This document shows, piece by piece, positions 13,531-26,555 of a stretch of 64,000 nt of DNA. Position 1 is the stretch's first letter. Each line of letters begins with the position of its first letter. The translations under genes and the position numbers were made by a program. Source of the DNA: Octopus sinensis (Eukaryota); NCBI RefSeq assembly GCF_006345805.1, contig NC_042999.1, positions 149,482,001 to 149,546,000 on the forward strand, written 5' to 3'. A model generated the notes under the pieces. It was not told the DNA's origin and searched no databases. It saw only the letters and a program-made list of their open reading frames with translations.

Positions 13531-13853
13531 AGGATTATCAATCTGCGCAAAATACTTCATAAGCTCTTTGTTGGCACACCAGCTAACAATATTACTTAGA
13601 TAATGAAGAACTCCAAGTAATCTTTTGGTAGGGTCCAAAGTTATGGTTCATCACAATTCTATATTATAAATCCGTGGATGGACTTCAGATAAACTGATTT
13701 TTACACAAAGTGATCTATAAGACAAGTTAAAAATAATGGTCATTACATATAACAATGGAAAGGAATTTTATGTAATGGCCATCATTTTTAACTTGCTTCT
13801 CATATCATCATCATTGTTTAACGTCCACCTTCCATGTTGGCATGGGTGGGACA

Positions 13854-13903
<50 letters not shown>

Positions 13904-13908
<5 letters not shown>

Positions 13909-14087
13909 CCTTTAATGTGAAAATTAATTTTCAGTATGTCTTAAGGTTTTTATATGTATTACATGCTGTACTTACTAAAGTTATTGTCCCATATATATAT
14001 ATGGGACAATAACTTCAGTAAGTAGAGCATATAATACATATAAAAACCTTAAGACACTGAAAATTAATTTTCACATTAAAGGTGTAT
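13904..14087. repeat. Palindrome, arms about 90 bp, centred on a short (TA)n
   Basis: ATACACCTTTAATGTGAAAATTAATTTTCAGT..TTATTGTCCC(AT)nGGGACAATAA..ACTGAAAATTAATTTTCACATTAAAGGTGTAT. Confidence 0.93.
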
Positions 14088-14875
14088 TCTAAAACTTAAA
14101 GCAATAACAACATGTTAAACCACACAGCATATTTATTAGTTCTAAATTGACATGGTATTTATGCCCTGCTAAGAATAGAGCAAAGAAACATTCATAAAAA
14201 TCTATTTAGTCACCAGATAATAGTCGCCCATCAACTGACTTTAACAAAGTAGATTTGGGTGTGTAGAAAAATCGTATGTGAGAATAAACAAAATGTTTAC
14301 AATAAGAATGTTAAAATTTAACTGGCTGACCTGCTGTTTTAAGTTTTATCATTAGCAACATATTTTGGAAGTGAATAAAATTATATACCTTTATTGAAGA
14401 TCCAGACCTTTGTTTAGGAAAAGAGGTTTAGATTTGTGTATTGTTTTCATGCTAATGTAAGCTTAGCTTTTACATGCATTTTCCTTTTGTTCTGTAAAAT
14501 GCTTTATTATTAATTGGACATAAATATTATGTCAGTTTAAAGCTAGTAATTATGCGGCGTGGTAACGTGTATTACATACTGGTGAAAGTTAAGGATACAC
14601 CCATGTAAAGACTACCTTCCAATACATGTCAGAGCGTTATGCCAACAAAGACAAGTTATAGAACATGTGTATAATATATAAAACATGTAGTATACTAACA
14701 TGGGTTGGGTTAGTGAAATTAATTCAGTCAGTTGTACCAATTACAATAATTTGTTTTTCAACCAATGGCTGAGTGACGTTTCTTCTTCAAGTGGTTAAAA
14801 TTGAGATGCATTTGACCATGCCACACAAGTAATCTATGTCCAGTATTAGCTTGATAAGTCCTAATTTCATGTTAA

Positions 14876-15096
14876 CCCTTTCGTTACTGTATTTATTTTG
14901 AGATGCTCTCTGTTTCTTTCAATTACTTGAAATATAAACAAAGAATTTAGTGAAATAACTTAGTTATCATTCAGCTACTGTTAGGAACATAAATTATGGC
15001 TAAGCTTTGGTGGAGGATTTTAATTCAAAACTTATGAAAACAAGACATTTGTACTCAGAGCCAGAGCTAGTTTCAGCCAGGTTGGTAATGAAAGGG
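14876..15096. mobile_element. piggyBac-type MITE
   Basis: TTAA target duplication (14872-75, 15097-100) and TIRs CCCTTTCGTTAC / GTAATGAAAGGG. Confidence 0.85.
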
Positions 15097-16766
15097 TTAA
15101 GTGTCTCTGCCAATAACATAATAGCAGGAGTGGTCTTCATCATAGAGTGCACAAGTGTCCAAAATAAATAGCATCTGATGTGGCCAGGTGTTTAGCCTTT
15201 AAAGAAAGACTAAATATAAAATCTTAACATGTTGTCATGCTATCTCTTACACACATTTCAGGTTATTCGATATCTAGCCTATTACCTGGTTTAACACACC
15301 AGTAGGTACATCCGGTACCTTTAGAAGATTCTACTCTGTTGTATGTGCTCAGGCCAGGTATGCAGTTTGAGGATACCTGCCTCTCACTAGTTTTGGAAGC
15401 CCCATAAAGGATCATGAGAACTGCTTTTCCCCTTGACTAAAATATATTAAAAAAAAATACAAACACCTAAGTTTTGTGTTATGATATTTTTTGTTGATAA
15501 CACCTAGAAAATGGTGCTTCTTTTTCACTCACCAAAGTGAATGGGGCTTTGGCCAGGAGGAACTGATGTCATCAGACAGTATCCACTGACCATCAGATGT
15601 TTCGACTCTGAACTCTAACTGTTGGTGGATCAGCAGAGGTAGCCAAAATCACTGCCCATCATCATCTCTTGGCTTCCAGTTTAACTCCTCTCTCTCTTGC
15701 CCCATAACTAGCAAAAGGCTTTTTGCATTGCTTAATTTACTACAAGCTATTATAGACTGATCCACTGACTTTATTGTTACTGATGCAAAGAAATTTATGG
15801 TCATTCTATAATAAACTAACTTAAACAATGGACTGAATTAATTGTTCTTCTATAAAAGATGACCAAATTCACCTTCAGTATCTTATTGACTGGTGTTATA
15901 TGATGATAGAGACAGATAGTCATCACAAGGATTAATAAGCTTTGCTGAGCTAAATCATATAAATATAATCATAAGCATGGTTGTGTGGTTAAAAAGCTTG
16001 TTATGAAACCATGTAGTTTCAGGTTCAGTCAAGTGTCTTCTACTATAGCTCTAGGTTGAATTGGACTTGGTAGAAGGAAACTGTGTGGAAACCCATCATA
16101 TATTCTTTCATTCTTTTGTTTCAGTCATTTGACTGCAGCCATGCTGGAGCACCACCTTTAGTAGAGCAAATCGATCCCAGGACTTAGAAAAAGTACAAAG
16201 CGTACAAAGACTATCAGTCTCTTTTGCCAAACCACTAAGTTATGGGAATATAAACACACCAGTATTCAGTTGTTAAGCGATGCTGGGGGAAAAAATACAG
16301 ACAAACAAACATACACACACGCATATATATATATGGATGTATATATATATATATACATCCATAAGTGGTGAACAGTAGAATAATAACAACAATAAAGTAG
16401 ACAAGGGAAGGCTGAGAGAAAGGGAGATGATATATGGGTAGGTAGGTAGGTTGCACAAGTGTGAGGGGAGAGTAAATGAGATATATTGAGATATATAGTA
16501 AGTAAAGAGGAAAAAGTTCAGTGGAGAAGGAAAGATACTCTGAAATGTGAGTGGACAGGAACAATGTTAAGAATGAAGGATAGATGTCAAGTGAAATGGT
16601 TCTGGGTAGTGAGAAAGACAACTGGTATCGCAGAAAAAGATGTCGATGAAAGATGTAATTTTACATGGAGTAAATTTTATACAATAATTTATTCAGTAAT
16701 GCTGGATTTAGTGTCAGCCTAAACAGAGTACACTATATAAACCAACTAATCCAGACTGGATTATCC

Positions 16767-17074
16767 CTTTTGTTGTTTTTTCCTTTTTGAGCCATGCCTG
16801 GCTCATCAGGGCCAGTTTCCCGGCTTCCTTGGCGTACAGGTTCCCCACCTGGGCAGGACGCCAGTCCGTCGCATGTGAGCTGCATGATGCAGGAGGAAAG
16901 AGTGAGAGAAAGTTGTGGCAAAAGAGTCAGCAGAAGTTCGGCATTACTTTCTGCCGGAGCTGCGTGGAGCTTAGGTGTTTCACTCATAAACACACACATT
17001 GCCTGGTCTGAGATTCAAACCCGCGATCCCTCGACCACGAGTCTCCTGCTCTAACCACTAGGCCATGTGCCTCC
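16767..17074 (-). mobile_element. tRNA-derived SINE family C with 12-bp TSD
   Basis: Head GGAGGCACATGGCCTAGTGGTTAGAG..GGTTTGAATC; TSD ACTGGATTATCC at 16755-66 and 17075-86. Confidence 0.85.
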
Positions 17075-17891
17075 ACTGGATTATCCACTTAGATTTGAGC
17101 AGCTTGATGCCAATATAAGCTCGTCAATGACTACATAAGAAAGGAAACCTTGTTCTACCTCTGGATGATTTGGAAACAAGCTGGGTCTTCTCAATAACTC
17201 CATATCATCAAAGATAAACAGAACCACCTCTAAACAGACTACCTATGAAAATGCAATTTCTGACTTGCCAAACATCATCATCATAGTTTAAGGTCCACTT
17301 TTCCATGTACCATGGGTCAGATGGAATTCATTGAGGCAGCTTTCTTCTTGTTGGATGCCCTTCCTGTTGCCAGTTCTCAGTTGCTTCCAAGTATTATTTC
17401 CAAACATGTTTTGCAGAAGACTAGAAATGAAGGACATCATTTGTTTGATGGTGGCACTTGTTTACAACTACTGTGTAATGTAAAGACAAGGGGACACAAA
17501 CACACGCACCCACTCAATCACACACACATACACACACACATTATAATCATCATCTTAACATCTGCTTTTCCATATTTTCAAAGAATGGACAGAGTTTATC
17601 ATAGCAGATCTTCTGTAGTTAGATGCCCTCCCTGTTGCCAACCCTCACATGTTTCCAGGCAAGAAAATTGTTCCCCACAGTCAGATAAAATTTTGCAAAA
17701 TATTGGAAATGAATGACAATTATAACAGTACACAATGTCAAGACACCGAAATACAAATACACACTCACACACACATATATATGCACATTATATATATATG
17801 TCCTCCTTCTAGCAGCGCTTTGCTGGTAAAGATTAGGAAGGCTGTTGTCCACGTCTGCATACTCATTTATACTCATTCATGGCTGATAAGG

Positions 17892-17924
<33 letters not shown>

Positions 17925-17925
<1 letters not shown>

Positions 17926-18216
17926 CCCTTTTCAAGCCTAGCCAGGCTCATGGGCCCAGTTTCTGTGGCGTATGTGTTCCCCCCAGCTGGATGGGACACC
18001 AGTCCATCACAGCATTACCCAAGAAACAGGAAGAAAGAGTGAGATAAAGTTGGGGCAAAAGAGTACAACAGGGGTTGCCACTACCCCCTGCCAGAGCCTC
18101 ATGGAGCTTTAGGGGTTTTCGCTCAATAAACACACACAACGCCCGGTCTCGGAATCGAAACCGCGATCTTCTGACCGTGAGTCCACTGCCCTAACCACCG
18201 GGCCATTGCGCCTCCA

Positions 18217-18217
<1 letters not shown>
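17925..18217 (-). mobile_element. SINE family C
   Basis: Head GGAGGCGCAATGGCCCGGTGGTTAGGGC..GGTTTCGATTCC; body similar to 16767-17074. Confidence 0.82.
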
Positions 18218-18273
<56 letters not shown>

Positions 18274-21099
18274 GTGATGGCCTTCTTTCAATATCCATCA
18301 ACCAAATCCACCCACAAGGCTTTGGTTAACCTGGGTCTACAAGCAGAAAACATTTGCCCAAGATACCACACAGTAGAAATGAACCTGAAACCACATAGTT
18401 GAGAAGCAAATTTCTTAATCACACAGCCATACCTGCTGATATGTAAAACCTACTAATGATATTTTTGCATTTTGTAGCCTTGCAACTGAGGGGCAGCATG
18501 TTAGAGAGTCTTTAGAAAAGTATCTGCAAACCCCAAAAACCTTAAGCATGGATTATAACCATAACACAAGACTGAAAAGTTAGCTCAAGATTCCTTTATT
18601 AGTGGCTTAGATTTGCTGCTGATCTGGTAACATTGACTGGAAAACAGGAATTTAGATTATTCAACCATGTTAGATCAGGTGAGAGCTCTGAATTCAGCTC
18701 AAAGAAAAAAACAGGTACAGCAGTATACAGATAACCAATTCAGTAAGGGGCTGCTATATGTGACCAAGTAAAAAGGGTAAAGACCCCCTTTGGTCATGGG
18801 ATTTTGGTCAATCATGGGATTGCACCTAGAAAATTCCTCCAAGGCACAAGTCCAGGCAAGGTTGTTAATGGAAGATCAGCAGTTGCCCATGCATACCAGC
18901 CTTCACTCTCCATGCCACTAATGTTATCCAAGGGAAAGGCAAAAGCTGAAACAGCTTGGCACCAGTAATGTTGCAACACATTTCTACAGCTGAGTGAACT
19001 GGAGCAACATGTAATAAAGTATCTTGCTCAAGAACACAAAACACAACCCAGTCCAGGAATCGAACTTACTACCTCATGATTGTGAGCCCGAAACTAACCA
19101 GTGAGCCATGTGCCTTCACATGTGACTAAGTAATACATTATAAAATCAGCCTACTTCCCATTTTGATACAACCAGCAATCAGTGTTAAATGCTTTTGCTG
19201 CAGGTTACCAAAGGATCTATGGACTGGTGTTATCCTAATCATTTGAATTTGTGAATGGAAAACAGTAATCAGGAGAGGAATATCGTTGGGAAAGTCATTT
19301 ACGAGTTACCATAAATTAAACAAGTGAATTTACTTCTATTAACACAGATGACGAAACTTGTAATTAATTCATAAATGAATTGACCCAAACAATGGACTAA
19401 ATTAATTGTACCATTATAATAAGACAAGATTTCCTTTAGGCACTTTCTTAGTGATTTCTGTTCCATGATAATACAGGAATTCCTTCCTAACAATCAATAA
19501 GTTTTGCTGTATGAATGTAGTCAATTGTGTGATGTCTGCACTATATAAGTGTTATTTTATTACTTGCTGCTTCATGTTGAGCAATGCTTTCAGATAATGT
19601 ATCTTTCAATTACACAACTTCATTTATAATCTCAAATGTCCTTCATATTTTAATTGTGCTTCTGCAGTAGATAACGATGATAATATTGGTTTCAAATCTT
19701 GGCTCTAGGCCAGTTAGTTCAGAGGGAGGGGTATAGTCGATTACATCAACCCCAATGCACAATGGTACTTGTTTATTGACCTTGAAAGCAAAGTTGACTT
19801 TGGTGGAATTTGAACTCAGAACATAAAGACAGACAAAATGCCACAAAGCATTTTGCCCAGCATGCTAATGATTCTGACAGCTTGCCACTTTTATAATAAT
19901 GATAATGTTAAGCATGTCAGTGCTTGCTGTGGAAATTTCATGGGAAAATACAAAAGTGGTTTTCTGTAGCCTTCCTATGAGTAATTTTTACAAAATTCCT
20001 TATCAGCAAGATTCAGATAAGTCTACCACACCTACTTGGGTATACAGAATGTAAAGAACCAGACCAAATGGCACAAAGTATTACTTTGTCCAATGGTCTA
20101 ACAGTTCTGCCATTCCAATGCTCTGAACTGGCAATTTATTTTATTGACCCAAAGCAAAGGTGACACTGATGGGATTTGAACTCAGAACATAAAAAACTGT
20201 AACAGATACTGCAAAAATAATCTGACAATAATAATTTTGCCAATTTTCCACTTTTCTTTATACTTATTACTATATTATTTTTATATTATGTTTTTCTTAA
20301 AAATAAACTACCACATCACTGATATCTTTAAGCCATAAGGCAGCAAGCTGGTAGAATTATGTGTTGGACAAAATGCTTAGTGGTATTTCATTCTGAGTAA
20401 ATCTTGCACATTGTCTTTCTGAGGTTGAATGCAGTTTATCCTTTTGAGGTTGATAAAATAAGTGCCAGTCAAGTATTGGGGGTCAATGTAATCAACTTAC
20501 TTCCACCCCTAAATTTGCTGGCCTAGGGCCCAAATCAAAGAGTTATCATTATCAGCTGTAGAAAAAGTAATGGAATGTCAAAGATATTTGAGATTGTAAA
20601 TCAAACGGAATGCAATTGAAATCTAACTTGAGATACCTTATCTGAAAGGCTCATTCAATGTAAAGCATTCAGTAACACAGACAACACACAAATGATAACA
20701 TTCACAAAGCAAAACTCCTTGTGAATGAATGACTTCCTCTTTCTGTAGTTAACACACAAAAAGCACCTGTCAAGGAAACCACCAGGGTCACTTGTTAACC
20801 TGATGGCACAATGAAGGAACGGTAACAGCAATACCTGAAGAAGTCAATAAATTTAACAGCCATAAACATTGTAAGACCGAAAATAAGATGAAAGTTCAAA
20901 CAGTAACATGAAAAATAATGCTTCCTATTCGGAAACTCATACCAATATCAATCCATGGAGGAAAATTTTACTCAAACATTCCATAAAGCTAACATTCTAA
21001 CTAAAACTATCATATTCGTGTGAAGACATGCTCCAAAGTTGCAACAACCTCTGGCATCTTAATGATGAATATTTTGAAGACATCAATTCACCTAATATC

Positions 21100-21483
21100 T
21101 TTATCTTTACTTGTTTCAGTCATTTGACTGCGGCCATGCTGGAGCACCGCCTTTAGTCGAGCAAATCGACACCGGGACTTATTCTTTGTAAGCCCAGTAC
21201 TTATTCTATCGGTCTCTTTTGCCGAACCGCTAAGTGACGGGGACGTAAACACACCAGCATCGGTTGTCAAGCAATGCTAGGGGGACAAACACACAAACAC
21301 ACACATATATATATATATATACATATATATGACAGGCTTCTTTCAGTTTCCGTCTACCAAATCCACTCACAAGGCATTGGTCGGCCTGGGACTATAGCAG
21401 AAGACACTTGCCCAACATGCCACGCAGTGGGACTGAACCCGGAGCCATGTGGTTGGTTAGCAAGCTACTTACCACACAGCCAC
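21100..21483 (-). mobile_element. SINE family B
   Basis: Near-identical to the reverse complement of 38849-39234. Confidence 0.88.
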
Positions 21484-21999
21484 ATATTCTTCACTGATTA
21501 TACCAATTCTTTCAAAACCTTACTACTTTTTATTGTACAAAAATACAAGTGTAACCTCAATTTATTGATTTACAAACACAATAACACTGCAGTGAGACAC
21601 AAGCAAAAAGAACAGCAAACAAAAAAAAAAAAAGAAACTTCCTAAACATTCAACCAGGTTCTGCAGCTGTTTACTCTGTTTTATTTGAATAAAAGCTGCT
21701 CTTTGATATCAAGCCTTTGTCAATAGTGTTAAAATTCCTTTATAGATGATTGCATTTGACTGTCTGATTGGGTACCTATTATCTATATTATGTAGACACT
21801 TACACATGACAGCTAATCTTTTCAAATCAACATGGAAGCTTCTATATCAAGTTTGGATAGTCTTTTTTTCCCTATCAGTGAACCTTATGAGGCATTGCCC
21901 ATTGTAAATCAAGCCACACATCTAAAAGAATAATTTAACAAACAACATATATATATAGTACAAGGTACACTGTGCGTATGTGTATACACATTATATATA

Positions 22000-22839
22000 C
22001 AAGGTGCGATAAGTAAATTGTCGCCATTTTATATTTAATTTCATGCATGCACATTGTTTGTTTTTGATTTTGTTGACTACACAGTATAGTAGGGTCAGTT
22101 GGGCACCGTCAGTGGCAAAAACAGCACCATGACAATTAACTCATCCAGAAATTTGGAAACGACATGCTGTACTGCTTTGCGTTCATGCCAGAAGCTCCAA
22201 TACAAATGTTTCAGAGTGTTTGGGCATCAGTCTGGGGATATGTACCAAGAGTGATAAAAATCAAACATCCAGTCAACATCATGGTGTTTGGAGTGATCAC
22301 TAGTGATGGCAACATTACACCCCAATTCATCTTCCCACACGGCCTCAGACTCAACATGGAGGTCTACATCAAGTGCCTGGAGGTGGTAGTGCTGTCTTGG
22401 ATCAAGAGGGTAGTTGCTGGGAGACCCTATGTTTGGCAACAGCACTCTGCACCATGCCACACAAAAATCCAGTCATGACTATCAGACAATTTCTGTGATC
22501 CACATCAGCCCTAACATCTAGCCACCCAACTCCCCAGATTGCCACCCCCTTGATTATTACATGTGGAGTACAGTTGAGTAAGAGACCAGCAAAACTCTTT
22601 GTAACACCAAAGATGGACTGAAGGCAAGGATAATGGCAACATTCACCAACTTAAACAAGATCATCCAGAAGAGTTAGAGGCTGTGGCTCAAGTCAATGGT
22701 GATTTTATTGAATAAATTTACTCTTTAGTATTTCAAGATATTTTAACGTAATTTTGGTAAATATATCTGTTAAAATGAAATGTCAGTGTTATTTTAATTT
22801 TTGTGTAATTCAGACAACAGGTTTATTCACTGCACCCTG
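22000..22839 (+). mobile_element. Tc1/mariner-superfamily element (DD37D/maT-like), internally deleted, pseudogenised transposase
   Basis: TA-flanked imperfect TIRs CAAGGTGCG..TAAATTGTCG / ..TTTATTCACTGCACCCTG. Translation KHPVNIMVFGVITSDG..YVWQQHSAPCH..PPNSPDCHPLDYY. Confidence 0.85.
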
Positions 22840-22889
22840 TAGACACACACATATTTATAATTATATACATACACACAAAATATATATAT

Positions 22890-22922
<33 letters not shown>

Positions 22923-23520
22923 AAACAGCAGAAAGCATGGGAATGGTCAAAGTGAATTCAATAATTTGTCTTTCTGAGAAAAGCGAACAGTTTGGAAAAC
23001 CTGAAAGCCTCAGGGTAAATTGAAACTGTCATGCTCAGTGTCCTAAATTAAATTCCAGGTATTTTACAGCTTCAATTAATTCAGGTCAGCCATGCATGAA
23101 CTTTGTGACCACTCAACCTAATAAAAATAGCAGCTCCTAACTTGAATCACACCCAGAAATCTTAAAAAAATATAGAATGACACACAGACTGGATAATGTA
23201 GTCTTCAATACACTTAGATTGAAAAATAAGAGAGACGGTCATAACTGGAACAATTAAGATCCTAAGTCTGCATGATTAAGGCTGACCAGGGGTTAAACAA
23301 CAATCTTTATCTTTCTTTTATTTTTTTACTTGTTTCTGTTATTGAACTGTGGCCATACTGGGGCACTGCCTTGAAGGGTTTAGTCACACAAATTAAACCC
23401 AGTACTTACTTTTGTAAGCCTGGTACTTATTTTATCATTCCCTTTTGCAGAACTGCCAAGTTACAGGGGTGTAAACAAACCGACATCAGTCAAGCGGTGG
23501 TGGGTGACAGCACAGATGAT

Positions 23521-23850
23521 ATTAACACCAATAGAAAAGACTATGTGTACTCCATCCTATGAAGTTGTGGTAGATTGTACAAAGGCGAAACATGCCACCC
23601 ACTGAAAATAAGGGTAGTGGAACATTATAAAGCTGTGACACAAGGAGGTGTTGAAAAATTGGGTATAGCTGATCATGTAGGGAAAAACGGAGACCATCTT
23701 CCCCTGTGGGATTGAATTTAAAATTATACACAGAGAACACCACTGGAAAATACAAAAACTAAGAAAAAGCATATATGCTAGGACACAATAACCTCCTATG
23801 CAGACCTAGTGCAGATATGAGTAGAATATGGGAACCGGTGTTAATGAAGG
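23521..23850 (+). pseudogene. Penelope-like element GIY-YIG endonuclease fragment
   Basis: Frame from 23521: DYVYSIL*SCGRLYKGETCHPLKIRVVEHYKAV..GIADHV..HLPLWD, matching the VY.IPC.CG..Y.GET.R.L..R..EH pattern of PLE endonucleases; stops and frameshifts present. Confidence 0.85.
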
Positions 23851-24056
23851 ATACAAAAATATTAGGTTTATAAGCCCTAAAAATTCACTCTATAATTGCT
23901 CACAAGCATATAGCATAATAGTTAAGAGTGCGGCTTACTAACCCGAAGATTCCAAGTTTAATTCCAGGCCGTGCCTTAAATAAATAATATTAACAATATC
24001 AGCAAAAAATACCTTAGGTACGAGAACCCAGGGTTGGGTTCAAAATTCCACCAGGA

Positions 24057-24098
24057 CACCTGATGAAGGCTGGAAAGTAAATCAGCCGGAATGTGGTG
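24057..24098 (+). ncRNA. Degenerate hammerhead motif in the PLE 3' terminus
   Basis: CAC CTGATGA A GGCTG-loop-CAGCC GGAA TG TG GTG. GAAA and the cleavage triplet are mutated. Lies about 200 nt after the GIY-YIG fragment. Confidence 0.6.
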
Positions 24099-24297
24099 GT
24101 AGCAACAAACAAGAGGACGACACACATTCGTCCAATGTAAATAATGTATTAACATTTTCATAAGAATGTTGATGGATACTGAGAGGAAAACCTGCTTCCT
24201 ATGACAGTAAAATGATCTTACTAATCTGGTTGTTGTCTTAGTTCTATGAATAGAAACAGCAGTTTTTAAAACTCAGGGTTTGTCTGGTGCACATGGT

Positions 24298-24725
24298 AGA
24301 GATGTAACCTGACCCCTCCTCAATTAAAATTTTTTTTTTTACGGAAACTCACACTTTCAGCAATGAGGATTCCAATTCTGAAATAAAATTTACAAAAATC
24401 GCCATTTCAGGATAGGCTGCTTGAAGGCTGTAGAATCAGGAGGGTGGTTTTTTTTTGTTTTTTTTTTGAAAAATTGAAATTTTACAAACAATTTTTTTTT
24501 TCAGAATCATAATCTCTGTATTTTTCTATGTATTTCACCCAAAAAAAATTCTGAAAAAAGTGAAAAATAAAGAAATGGGGAAAGGAGGGGTGATTGAAAT
24601 TTTGAAGTTGTGATATTTGCCTTTTTTTTTTTTTTTCAGAATTGGAATTTCCAGAACTGAAAACGTGGGTTTCCATAAAAAAGAAAATTAAAAAATAAAG
24701 CGGGAGGTGCTGGGTTATGTCTCTG
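24298..24725. mobile_element. MITE-like element with long imperfect inverted ends
   Basis: AGAGATGTAACCTGACCCCTCC / GGAGGTGCTGGGTTATGTCTCT; internal IR TTCCAATTCTGAAA / TTTCAGAATTGGAA. Confidence 0.6.
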
Positions 24726-24764
24726 CCATGTGTGCCATTTGTCTAAACCACTGTAACCATTTCA

Positions 24765-24997
24765 AAAGTTGGTTCATCTGGGATTCTTGACAATAAGAGA
24801 GCTAGTTTCTTTTTGAAGACACCTACATCCACCCCATGCAGGTCTCTCAGGTCCTTCAGAGAATATTGAAGAGCTGTGGTCCTTTAAAGTCCTGGCTGTT
24901 ACAATATTTTGTCCTATATTTTTATGGCAAAGTTGGAATCTTTACCACTATGCAGTGGCACCCTGTTCTAGCATTAGTGTAGCATTCTTGTCCCATT
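24765..24997 (-). pseudogene. CR1-like LINE C-terminal fragment
   Basis: Minus-strand translation with frameshift: ..RTGCHCIV..YRTKYCNS..KGPQLFNIL / DLRDLHGVDVGVFKKKLALLLSRIPDEPT. Confidence 0.65.
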
Positions 24998-25383
24998 TTG
25001 TATTATATATATATATATATATATAGGTTATAAAATGAGATAGGGGTTGAAAATTCAACCCACCATGGGATAATATATATCCAATATACTGCTAGATAGG
25101 TACCCAACAAGACTAATACATAGATGTTAAAAATTGCCAAAGAATCAGTTCATCTATTGTATTATATGGGTAAAGGTAATAATATTACCGTAAATTAATA
25201 CTACAAAATTAGAAAATGGAGAAACATACTTAAATCAATAAAACATCAACTATCAGATGATACCCAATCAATACTTTATTACACCATTACATATCAGTAA
25301 AGGCATTATACAAAATATACAGTAAAAGTAAATAGACAAAGAGATATAAGTATAAAATTTCAAATATAATATGTAATTAAATC

Positions 25384-25499
25384 AAATCTGACAGCTGTTT
25401 CGGCAGTGAGGGCAGTCATACCTCATTTAACCTATAAGCCATAAAGGCAGGTATAAATGAGGCATTAACAAGGATGCCCCACGGCCTCTTCAGAGAATT
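25384..25499 (-). ncRNA. Type I hammerhead ribozyme motif (mirror copy)
   Basis: Reverse complement of 26121-26236, with one substitution in stem II. Confidence 0.8.
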
Positions 25500-26120
25500 A
25501 AATTTGTTATAATTGTGAAAAAGATTATTTAACCATATACATATAAATATAAAAATATAAAAATGTAAAATATAAAAACTTATACATAAACTTCATAATG
25601 CTACACTTATATAATATAATACTCATTGGTACAATAATGCAAGGTAACAGAACAAAATAAAACAAAATATATATCAGTGTATAATTAATAAGCACCGTTA
25701 TTATACATATTTGACTAATAGTTTTTAAAAAAACTAACACATAGGGAGATGAAAAATAATAATTAAAACCATGGTTCAGTTCATAAAATTATAAAGCTTT
25801 TTTGACTTTTATAGCTTTATAATTTTATGAACTGAACCATGGTTTTAATTATTATTTTTCATCTCCCTATGTGTTAGTTTTTTTTAAAAACTATTAGCCA
25901 AATATGTATAATAACGGTGCTTATTAATATTAATATATACACTGATATATATTTTGTTTTATTTTGTTCTGTTTACCTTGCATTATTGTACCAATGAGTA
26001 TTATATTATATAAGTGTAGCATTATGAAGTTTATGTATAAGTTTTTATATTTTACATTTTTATATTTTTATATTTATATGTATATGGTTAAATAATCTTT
26101 TTCACAATTATAACAAATTT

Positions 26121-26236
26121 AATTCTCTGAAGAGGCTGTGGGGCATCCTTGTTAATGCCTCATTTATACCTGCCTTTATGGCTTATAGGTTAAATGAGGT
26201 ATGACTGCCCTCACTGCCGAAACAGCTGTCAGATTT
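26121..26236 (+). ncRNA. Type I hammerhead ribozyme motif with about 85-nt stem II domain
   Basis: CTGAAGA 26127-33; stem II GGC.GTG-GGGCA / TGCCC-T-CAC.GCC; GAAA 26219-22; stem III C-AGCT-G with palindromic loop; GUC cleavage triplet 26228-30; stem I AATTCT/AGATTT. Confidence 0.82.
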
Positions 26237-26422
26237 GATTTAATTACATATTATATTTGAAATTTTATACTTATATCTCTTTGTCTATTTACTTTTACTG
26301 TATATTTTGTATAATGCCTTTACTGATATGTAATGGTGTAATAAAGTATTGATTGGGTATCATCTGATAGTTGATGTTTTATTGATTTAAGTATGTTTCT
26401 CCATTTTCTAATTTTGTATTAT

Positions 26423-26460
<38 letters not shown>

Positions 26461-26555
26461 CACTCAATATAAGATAGTGTACACTTAAACACAAGAAAAA
26501 ACTACCTTTAACAGGTAATTTTTACAAGCGAGAAGAAGCAGTCAAAATGAGCAAA

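Larger units (their letters stand above)
25202..26418. repeat. About 1.2-kb near-perfect palindrome (PLE-type inverted terminal repeat; element about 25026-26418)
   Basis: Arms 25202-25798 and 25813-26418 with a 14-nt spacer; only a handful of substitutions or indels seen between arms. Confidence 0.97.

Noticed and set aside
13598-13655. HHR-like ATGAAGA..CAAAGTTATGGTTCATC
   Set aside because: Both core halves are mismatched and stem I is unconvincing.
20620-21090. Non-repetitive block that might be coding
   Set aside because: Every frame examined is interrupted and no motif was recognised.
23904-23976. Functional tRNA gene
   Set aside because: Boxes are degenerate and no complete cloverleaf could be drawn; kept only as a tRNA-like module.
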